64,000 nucleotides of DNA from Eubacteriales bacterium (GCA_045652245.1 JAZRTY010000023.1:38588-102587), one strand, 5' to 3'; shown: positions 41,473-47,651, counted from the stretch's first letter. Made by a program: numbers and translations. The notes: generated by a model from the sequence alone, not told the origin.

Positions 41473-42053
41473 TACAGTTTTAAATCGTCCTCATTCATAA
41501 GCTTCTCAAGCTCTGAAGCCGTGTACTTGAGATATCCTGCTTTTTTATCGAAGCTCGGGAAAATCCCCTCGTAGGCTGCAGTCTGCAGCCAAACCTCCTC
41601 TGTATCTTTAAAATTTGCAATCCGTTTTTTACCGTTTATCTCCTCTATAATCAGGTCAGGTTGTCCGTCCGGCGGAGCACTTGCAAATTCAATATTTAAA
41701 ATAAGCTCCTTTTCTTTGTCTTTCTTGATTTTCTTAGCCTTTACCTTTTTATCAGGCTTATTCTTCTGTTCCTTTGTCTGCTCCTGAGGTTTACCCTCCT
41801 GTGGCTGATTTTCCTCAGCCTGCGCCTGCTGAATTTGCGCACGAAGCCGTCTTTCATTTGCAATTTCATCTTCAAGCAAATAATCAATCGAAACATTAAA
41901 ATAATTGCTTATTTTTATGAGTGCCTCTGCTTTGGGTAAAGTTCCATTTCCCCACCTTGTACAAACTGCATTTGAATATCCAAGCTCCTTTGCCACAGGA
42001 TTCGGCCATGTATTATTCTTTCTACACAATTGATAAAATTTGTCCCAAAACAT
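41472..42053 (-). CDS. XRE-family helix-turn-helix regulator with Lys/Glu/Gln-rich linker and C-terminal domain of unknown function
   Basis: 193 aa; N-terminal HTH ..VAKELGYSNAVCTRWGNGTLPKAEALIKISNYFNVSIDYLL..; low-complexity KKVKAKKIKKDKEKE linker; GGGGGGAG RBS. Confidence 0.8.
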   Translation of the reverse strand: MFWDKFYQLCRKNNTWPNPVAKELGYSNAVCTRWGNGTLPKAEALIKISNYFNVSIDYLLEDEIANERRLRAQIQQAQAEENQPQEGKPQEQTKEQKNKPDKKVKAKKIKKDKEKELILNIEFASAPPDGQPDLIIEEINGKKRIANFKDTEEVWLQTAAYEGIFPSFDKKAGYLKYTASELEKLMNEDDLKL

Positions 42054-42076
42054 CCGGCTCCCCCCCTTTTTGTATA

Positions 42077-42096
42077 AATCTAACTAAAGTTAGATT
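42077..42096. promoter_or_regulatory. Palindromic operator 1 (AATCTAACT-aa-AGTTAGATT)
   Basis: Perfect 9+9 inverted repeat read directly, 24 nt upstream of the XRE start codon. Confidence 0.7.
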
Positions 42097-42118
42097 GTAA
42101 TTTTGGTGTTTGTTCTAA

Positions 42119-42138
42119 AATCTAACAAAAGTTAGATT
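42119..42138. promoter_or_regulatory. Palindromic operator 2 (AATCTAAC-aaaa-GTTAGATT)
   Basis: Perfect 8+8 inverted repeat with the same half-site as operator 1; centres 42 bp apart; ends 5 nt before the TTGACA at 42144. Confidence 0.7.
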
Positions 42139-42143
42139 TTCTA

Positions 42144-42173
42144 TTGACATTCACTGTAATAATATGTTATAAT
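42144..42173 (+). promoter_or_regulatory. Near-consensus sigma-A promoter pointing toward the split GH18 gene
   Basis: TTGACA -18 nt- TGtTATAAT; followed by about 320 nt without any credible ORF before ATG 42496. Confidence 0.6.
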
Positions 42174-42495
42174 ACGGTATACGCAAAAAACGCACGAAAT
42201 GTTGTAGAATTATAAAACAGCTGTGCATATAATATTATACCGAAACACAAGCTTTTATCGATTCTGAAGCTGAAAGTGTAATAAACAGATACACTTATAA
42301 TTATAGTCATTATAACACATTTAAACCAAAAATTCAACCATTTTCGACAAAGTTTGATAAATAAATATTTATTTGCTGAAAAAGCGATAGAAGCTGCGTT
42401 TTACAAAAATTATTCTCAGATGGCGGCAAAGTGAAATTATACCACTCTCACGCCCATCTTGTGCCGTGTTATAAAGCGGCAGAACGGAGCTGTTT

Positions 42496-43353
42496 ATGAT
42501 TTTTCACGAAGTAAAAAGTGGTGAAACTCTATCACAAATCGCACGAAATTATGGTACAAGTGTTGCAAGTCTTGTAGCCTATAACGGAATTCCGAATCCC
42601 GAGTCTCTCGCTGTCGGACAATGTATCGTTATCGTGTATCCCGAACTTTTACATACCGTTCGTACAGGTGAAACAATATTTTCAATAGCCTTACGGTACG
42701 GAACAAGTGTAAATCAAATCTACAGGAACAATCCCCAACTCTCCTCGCTTCCGGAGCTTTACCCGGGCGAAGTACTTGTAATAGAGCTTGAGGATGACAG
42801 AATTGCCTCCTTTGAAACCGGAGGCTATGCCTACCCCGATACCCCTGAGGAGCTTCTTCGCTCACAGATGCCGTTTATGAACTATTTTATGCCCTTCACC
42901 TACGGTTTTTCAGGTGAAGGAGCTCTTACAAGTGCTACCGACGCAAACCTTATCGCTCTTGCCCACAGATACGGAAGAAAATGCTTTCTGCACCTCTCCA
43001 CGCTTACAGAAGAAGGCTATTTTTCAAATGAAATTGCAAATGTAATTCTGAACAGCCCAACACTTACCGAAACCCTTATAGGTAACATTCTTCGGGAGGT
43101 AACAGATAAGGGCTTTGACGGAGTCGACATTGATTTTGAATTTGTATATGCAGATGACGCCTATAAATATGCTGAGTTTGTTGATAGGCTTCGTACTGTT
43201 ATGAATGAAGCAGGTTACGAGGTATTCGTCGCACTTGCGCCAAAAACGAGTGATGACCAGGCAGGTCTTCTTTACGAGGGGCACCTTTACCGTGAGCTTG
43301 GACAGGCTGCAAATGCTGTGCTTCTTATGACATATGAATGGGGCTATACATAA
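42496..43353 (+). CDS. LysM-LysM-GH18 spore peptidoglycan hydrolase (YaaH/SleL type), 5' segment, interrupted
   Basis: 285 aa: two LysM repeats (HEVKSGETLSQIARNYG.., HTVRTGETIFSIALRYG..), then a GH18 barrel with catalytic GVDIDFE. Ends ...LLMTYEWGYT at a stop created at the insertion junction. GGAG RBS. Confidence 0.85.
   Translation: MIFHEVKSGETLSQIARNYGTSVASLVAYNGIPNPESLAVGQCIVIVYPELLHTVRTGETIFSIALRYGTSVNQIYRNNPQLSSLPELYPGEVLVIELEDDRIASFETGGYAYPDTPEELLRSQMPFMNYFMPFTYGFSGEGALTSATDANLIALAHRYGRKCFLHLSTLTEEGYFSNEIANVILNSPTLTETLIGNILREVTDKGFDGVDIDFEFVYADDAYKYAEFVDRLRTVMNEAGYEVFVALAPKTSDDQAGLLYEGHLYRELGQAANAVLLMTYEWGYT
43343..43352. repeat. attL core (GCTATACATA)
   Basis: Identical to 45689-45698; flanking bases differ on both sides (g/c before, a/c after). 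Confidence 0.85.
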
Positions 43354-43393
43354 CACCATTGTTGTTACAAATACACAGGACAAAGGAGAAATT

Positions 43394-43636
43394 ATGGAAT
43401 GCTGCGAAATATTATCATTTAATATCTGGAAATATGAAAAGGAGCATAATATGACAACCGAAGAGCTTGCTGCACTTTGTAACCTTACGCCAAAGCAAAT
43501 ACGCGCAATCGAAAACGCAAAGCTTAATCTGAACATATCATTACTCGACAAACTGAGTATTGGTATGGGGATGACTCCGGCACAGCTTATGCAGACAGAC
43601 GGAAAATTTGCCAAAATTAAAAAAATCAGCCACTGA
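43394..43636 (+). CDS. Small XRE-type HTH protein, element-encoded (paralog 1)
   Basis: 80 aa from ATG 43394 (AAAGGAG RBS 5 nt upstream): MECCEILSFNIWKYEKEHNMTTEELAALCNLTPKQIRAIENAKLNLNISLLDKLSIGMGMTPAQLM... Confidence 0.75.
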   Translation: MECCEILSFNIWKYEKEHNMTTEELAALCNLTPKQIRAIENAKLNLNISLLDKLSIGMGMTPAQLMQTDGKFAKIKKISH

Positions 43637-43663
43637 CAGTTCTACAATAAGGGAGAAGACAAA

Positions 43664-43873
43664 ATGAAATGCTATGAAATCCTTGCAAGAAATTTAAAGA
43701 AGCATCGCCATGAGTATAACATTTCCGGTGAGTATCTTGCCTACGACTGTGAGCTGAGTCCGAGATGCTTTAACGACATTGAGAATATGAAGGAAATAAT
43801 TACCTTTGAAACTCTTGATAAGCTTTGTACAGGTACCGGTCTTCCTCCCGATATTCTCTTATCGGAAAATTAG
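43664..43873 (+). CDS. Small XRE-type HTH protein, element-encoded (paralog 2)
   Basis: 69 aa, GGGAG RBS; ungapped by-eye alignment to paralog 1 gives 27 identities over 66 positions (MxCxEIL..N..K...E.N...E.LA..C.L.P.....IEN.K.......LDKL..G.G..P..L). Confidence 0.75.
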   Translation: MKCYEILARNLKKHRHEYNISGEYLAYDCELSPRCFNDIENMKEIITFETLDKLCTGTGLPPDILLSEN

Positions 43874-44061
43874 CTTTTTTCATCCCCGAAGCACAGCTTA
43901 CATTCTATATTTACTTTATCAGAAATATGGAATTTTGTAAATTCCCCACTGAGAACAGCACTCGACAATTGCTTTTCAAGCAGCTTTATATTTTCCTCTC
44001 TGTTTTCTGACTGTGCTTTGTGTATGTTCACTATTATTAGATTCTCCGGGCTTTTTTTCAT
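43870..44061 (-). CDS. Small hypothetical protein (63 aa), convergent with the HTH pair and divergent from the recombinase; candidate directionality factor
   Basis: ATG 44061 preceded by GAGAGGTGAAAAGA; MKKSPENLIIVNIHKAQSENREENIKLLEKQLSSAVLSGEFTKFHISDKVNIECKLCFGDEKS; 4-nt overlap with the paralog 2 stop. No recognisable family. Confidence 0.45.
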   Translation of the reverse strand: MKKSPENLIIVNIHKAQSENREENIKLLEKQLSSAVLSGEFTKFHISDKVNIECKLCFGDEKS

Positions 44062-44128
44062 TCTTTTCACCTCTCTTAAAGTCCAGTTAAATCTATGCGT
44101 ACAAGCTGCTTTTAATGATAGCTTATGC

Positions 44129-44158
44129 AATATTTATAATCCTCTGCATATAAATATT
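44129..44158. promoter_or_regulatory. 10-bp perfect inverted repeat in the divergent control region upstream of the recombinase
   Basis: AATATTTATA-10 nt-TATAAATATT; right arm ends 27 nt before recombinase ATG 44185; left arm contains a TATAAT hexamer (44135-44140). Confidence 0.5.
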
Positions 44159-44184
44159 ACATAAATAATCTACAGGGGAAAAAT

Positions 44185-45672
44185 ATGACATACTGCATAT
44201 ATCTTCGAAAATCAAGAGCTGACCTTGAGCTTGAGGAAAAAGGAGAGGGCGAAACTTTAGCACGTCACAAGAAAATACTTTTAGCTCTTGCACAAAGAAA
44301 TAATTATGAAATCGGTAAAATATACAGTGAAATTGTATCGGGAGAAAGCATAACACAACGTCCGGAAATACAAAAACTGCTTTACGACCTTGACTCAGGA
44401 CTCTGGGAAGGCGTACTCGTTATGGAGATTGAACGTCTTGCAAGAGGTGATACAATCGACCAGGGGATAATTGCAAGGGCATTCCGGGAAAACAAAGTCA
44501 AAATCATAACTCCGAACAAAATATACAATCCCGAAAATGAATTCGATGAGGAATATTTCGAGTTTTCCCTCTTTATGAGCAGACGGGAATATAAAACCAT
44601 CAACCGACGTATTCAACGTGGAAGAATTGCCTCGGTAAAGGAAGGAAAATACATCTCCCCCACGCCCCCCTTTGGCTTTGACAGGGAAAAATCACCTGAC
44701 GGTAAAGGCTATGTTCTTTGTAAGAACCCGGTTGAAGCACCTGTGGTACTCAGTATTTACGAGCAATTTCTTGCCTGTCACAGCATCTTGGAAATTTGCA
44801 ATACCCTTAACCTTTGCGGTATAAAGCCACGAAAAAGTGATTCCTGGTCACGCTCTTCAATCCGTGATATACTGAAAAACCCCGCAAATGCAGGCTTTAT
44901 CCGTTGGGCAAGAAGGAAAAATTCAAAGATTAAAGAGGGAAACAGCATAAAAATTTCAAGAAAAATCTGCGACGATTATATTCTTGTACAGGGAATGCAC
45001 GAGGGAATTGTCAGCCGGGAAGAATATGAACTTGCTCTTGAAATACTGCAGAAAAACAGGAAAAACACCTCCCGTTCCGACAGGACACTTAAAAACTCTC
45101 TGTCGGGACTTGTTTTTTGTAAGGCTTGTGGAAAACCCTTATCAAGAAGCGCAAACAAAAACGGTGATTTGCTCATTTGCAAAACCAAGGGTTGTCCTAC
45201 CGTGTCCGAAAAACTGTCAAGAATTGAGTCTGCTGTCATTTGTGAGCTTGAAAAATATTACAATGGTACTTATTTGTTTTTTGACAAGGCAAAAGAAAGT
45301 GAAAAAAGCAAGCATTCAGAAAGTATTTTATCATCGCTTTTAAAACAGAAAAAAAGCCTTGAAACCCAGCTTGAGAATATATATACCCTTGTTGAAAAGG
45401 GCATTTACAGTGATGCCGAATATCTGAAGCGCAGAAAAAATCTGCTTCATCAAAGGAGTATGTGCGAAAAAGAAATTGAAAAATATCAAAAGGCAGGTAC
45501 AGTGACCTCTGAAGCTTTTACAGGAGAAAAGACAGATGTTTTTGAGTTTTATAAAGCTCTCGGAAGCGTCGAAGATAAAAACAGACTTCTTAGGTGTATT
45601 ATCCAAAAGATTACATATAGAAAAAGTGAAGCCCGTGGCAAGGTAGAGCTTGAAATTTTTGTCAAAATATAG
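44185..45672 (+). CDS. Large serine recombinase (resolvase catalytic domain + recombinase domain + zinc ribbon + coiled coil)
   Basis: 495 aa; N-terminal YCIYLRKSRAD with the presumptive catalytic Ser10; ..ERLARGD..; zinc ribbon CKACGKPL...LICKTKGCP; C-terminal heptad-like region. Same strand as the interrupted gene. Confidence 0.9.
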   Translation: MTYCIYLRKSRADLELEEKGEGETLARHKKILLALAQRNNYEIGKIYSEIVSGESITQRPEIQKLLYDLDSGLWEGVLVMEIERLARGDTIDQGIIARAFRENKVKIITPNKIYNPENEFDEEYFEFSLFMSRREYKTINRRIQRGRIASVKEGKYISPTPPFGFDREKSPDGKGYVLCKNPVEAPVVLSIYEQFLACHSILEICNTLNLCGIKPRKSDSWSRSSIRDILKNPANAGFIRWARRKNSKIKEGNSIKISRKICDDYILVQGMHEGIVSREEYELALEILQKNRKNTSRSDRTLKNSLSGLVFCKACGKPLSRSANKNGDLLICKTKGCPTVSEKLSRIESAVICELEKYYNGTYLFFDKAKESEKSKHSESILSSLLKQKKSLETQLENIYTLVEKGIYSDAEYLKRRKNLLHQRSMCEKEIEKYQKAGTVTSEAFTGEKTDVFEFYKALGSVEDKNRLLRCIIQKITYRKSEARGKVELEIFVKI

Positions 45673-45688
45673 TTGTATGATAAACGGC

Positions 45689-45698
45689 GCTATACATA
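45689..45698. repeat. attR core (GCTATACATA)
   Basis: Identical to 43343-43352; same reading frame relative to the GH18 codons (TAT ACA TA.). Confidence 0.85.
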
Positions 45699-46116
45699 CG
45701 GCCCACCACTACCTGTTTCACCGATTTTTGCAGTTAGAAGAGTTCTCGACTATGCAATAACACGAATTCCCCGTGAGAAAATTTTTATGGGAATGTCAAA
45801 CTACGGCTATGACTGGTCACTTCCGTATGTAAAGGGAGAATCTATGGCTCGTTCCCTCTCAACCGATGAGGCTCTGCTGCTTGCTTCAGAGAATGGTGCT
45901 GAAATAAAATACGATACAAGTGCCGCATCACCATATTTCAATTATGTAAAGGACAACATTATCCACGAGGTCTGGTTTGAGGATGCAAGAAGCATCGGGG
46001 AACGTCTCTCCCTCTGTGCAGAATACGGTTTTCGTGGTTGCCTTTACTGGAATTTATCCAGAAGAAATGTTCAGAATTTACTTATGATAAATCTGCTTAT
46101 TGATTTGAATGACTGA
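45697..46116 (+). CDS. GH18 spore peptidoglycan hydrolase, 3' segment (continues 42496-43350 after element removal)
   Basis: 139 aa YGPPLPVSPIFAVRRVLDYAITRIPREKIFMGMSNYGYDW...LYWNLSR.. (GH18 C-terminal strands). No RBS or plausible start of its own; the track start at TTG 45673 lies inside the element arm. Confidence 0.85.
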   Translation, partial: YGPPLPVSPIFAVRRVLDYAITRIPREKIFMGMSNYGYDWSLPYVKGESMARSLSTDEALLLASENGAEIKYDTSAASPYFNYVKDNIIHEVWFEDARSIGERLSLCAEYGFRGCLYWNLSRRNVQNLLMINLLIDLND

Positions 46117-46130
46117 TTTCATCAAAGATT

Positions 46131-46165
46131 AAAGGGGCTGCAAAATACAGCCCCTTTGGTTTTTA
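46131..46165. terminator. Bidirectional terminator between GH18 gene and pfkA
   Basis: AAAGGGGCTG-7 nt-CAGCCCCTTT followed by GGTTTTT. Confidence 0.8.
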
Positions 46166-46178
46166 CATTACTGAAAAA

Positions 46179-47249
46179 TCAGGTTGAAATTTTATTTGCA
46201 AGGTCATAAAGCTCATTAAATCTTTCATGCTTAACTTTTGCAAGAGAGAGCATATTTTCGTAAACATCTTTGTCGAGTTTTTCGATTTCTTCAGGAGTTG
46301 CTTTACCCTTGTAAATTCTGTCATACATAAGTGCCCATTCGATATCTCTTGAACATATTTGTCCGTCAACCTCTGCCATAATAAGGTTAGATTTTCCGTT
46401 TATAAGCAGCTCTACGGCACTCGCTCCCATACGGCTTGCAACGAGTCTATCACGAAGAGTCGGTCTTCCACCTCTCTGAACGTGGGCAAGTCTTGCAAAT
46501 CTTGTCTCGATTCCGGTAGCAGCCTCTATTCTTCTTTCAAGTCCTTCACCGAAATCAGTTCCCATTCCCTCAGAAACAACTATAATAAAGCTTCTCTTTT
46601 TGCGAAGCACCGATTCCTTGATTTTACTGATTACCGCTTCTTCATCAAACGGCAACTCCTTGATTGCACAACCTGTTGCACCAACAGCAATAGCAGTTTC
46701 AACTGCAATATACCCGGCATCTCTTCCCATAACCTCAACCACATTACATCTTGCGTGTGATTCACAGGTATCACGAAGTCTATCTACCATTTCAATTACG
46801 GTATTCATTGCAGTATCAAAGCCTACAGTATAGTCAGAGGCAGATATATCGTTATCTATTGTTCCGGTAACCCCTATACAAGGAAGTCCGCGTCTTGTAA
46901 GGTCACGTGCACCCCTGAAGGTTCCGTCACCACCGATAGTTACAAGTCCTTCAATTCCGTTTTCACGCGCTACCTTGAGTGCCTTCTGCATTCCTGATTC
47001 TTCCTTGAATTCAAGGCATCTGTCGGTATAAAGAAAAGTACCACCATCACTCAGTATATTTGACACATCCCCCAGCTCAAGAAGCTTCATATTGTTTTCA
47101 AGAAGTCCTCTGTATCCACCATAAATTCCCATTACCTCAACACCGTGAAGTGCCGCAGTTCTTACTACACTTCTGATTGCTGCATTCATTCCGGGAGCAT
47201 CGCCACCGGACGTAAGTACACCTATTCTCTTAAGTCCTTTAAGTTCCAT
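46179..47249 (-). CDS. pfkA: ATP-dependent 6-phosphofructokinase
   Basis: Start taken at ATG 47249; ..IGVLTSGGDAPGMNAAIR.., ..GGDGTF.., ..TIDNDI... Confidence 0.93.
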   Translation of the reverse strand: MELKGLKRIGVLTSGGDAPGMNAAIRSVVRTAALHGVEVMGIYGGYRGLLENNMKLLELGDVSNILSDGGTFLYTDRCLEFKEESGMQKALKVARENGIEGLVTIGGDGTFRGARDLTRRGLPCIGVTGTIDNDISASDYTVGFDTAMNTVIEMVDRLRDTCESHARCNVVEVMGRDAGYIAVETAIAVGATGCAIKELPFDEEAVISKIKESVLRKKRSFIIVVSEGMGTDFGEGLERRIEAATGIETRFARLAHVQRGGRPTLRDRLVASRMGASAVELLINGKSNLIMAEVDGQICSRDIEWALMYDRIYKGKATPEEIEKLDKDVYENMLSLAKVKHERFNELYDLANKIST

Positions 47250-47586
47250 TTTTATCCCCATTCCGCCGACATTTGCTACGGCATAAAAAGTCTGTATATT
47301 GATTTTTAATTAACAATCGTCATGAATTATACTACTATTCTCAGAAAATATCAAGCCTTTAAAGGAAAATTTAACAATATTTTTGTATAAAATACAAATA
47401 TTTATTCGGTTTTCAATTTATTTTTTTGTCGTTTTTGTGAATTGTCGTTTGATTTCACATTTTTTAATCTGTAAAAATTTCACATCATTGTTAACTATTC
47501 ACCACAAATACGCTTTTGTTTTGGTGCTTTTCAATATATTTTGTGTTAATTTTTTGATTTTTTATAATTTTATCGGTGCTTTCTTG

Positions 47587-47615
47587 TTGACAAATATAAC
47601 AATTTATGTTAAAAT
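47587..47615 (+). promoter_or_regulatory. Sigma-A promoter (extended -10) of the DeoR regulator gene
   Basis: TTGACA -17 nt- TGtTAAAAT, about 36 nt upstream of ATG 47652. Confidence 0.6.
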
Positions 47616-47651
47616 CTAAATAGATATAATAGTTGTGAAAGGAATCTTAAA

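Larger units (their letters stand above)
43343..45698 (+). mobile_element. Compact serine-recombinase intervening element inserted in the GH18 gene (unit length 2,346 bp, coordinates include both 10-bp core copies)
   Basis: Perfect direct repeat GCTATACATA at 43343-43352 and 45689-45698. Internal genes: two XRE HTH, one small reverse ORF, one large serine recombinase ending 16 nt from the right core. Deletion restores the GH18 frame. Confidence 0.85.

Noticed and set aside
42226-42233. Calling a sigma-E or sigma-K promoter for the GH18 gene (CATATAAT) and for the recombinase (CATATAAAT at 44147-44155)
   Set aside because: The -10-like strings are AT-rich and partly match, but I could not find properly spaced -35 elements. 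I mention them only as something to test, not as features.
43024-43614. 196-aa minus-strand ORF spanning the attL junction
   Set aside because: - It is antisense to two well-supported genes.
- It has low-complexity Cys/Ile/Ser-rich composition, no RBS and no domain-like features.
- This is typical shadow-ORF noise.
43334-43636. Track start at 43334 for the first element HTH protein (100 aa, overlapping the GH18 stop and attL)
   Set aside because: The internal ATG at 43394 has an AAAGGAG RBS at ideal spacing. The paralog alignment also begins exactly there.
45673-46116. Track ORF starting at TTG 45673 as an independent 147-aa gene
   Set aside because: - It has no RBS.
- The first 8 codons lie in the element arm and attR core.
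- From 45697 onward the sequence is the colinear continuation of the GH18 domain begun at 42496, so it is a gene segment, not a gene.
46385-46392. Exact GTTAGATT operator half-site inside pfkA
   Set aside because: It is a single 8-mer half-site without its inverted partner, inside a coding region. That is compatible with chance.
46179-47249. PfkA being about 35 aa longer than classical 320-aa PfkA
   Set aside because: The extra residues look like an insertion before the conserved C-terminal helix. Catalytic motifs are intact, so this is ordinary family variation and not worth a finding.
47436-47459. TGTGAA-N12-TTCACA as a CRP/FNR-type site or a cre (CcpA) site
   Set aside because: - The spacing is wrong for CRP/FNR (N6 between the TGTGA and TCACA cores).
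- The sequence does not fit the cre consensus TGWAANCGNTNWCA.
- I kept it only as a generic repeat cluster.
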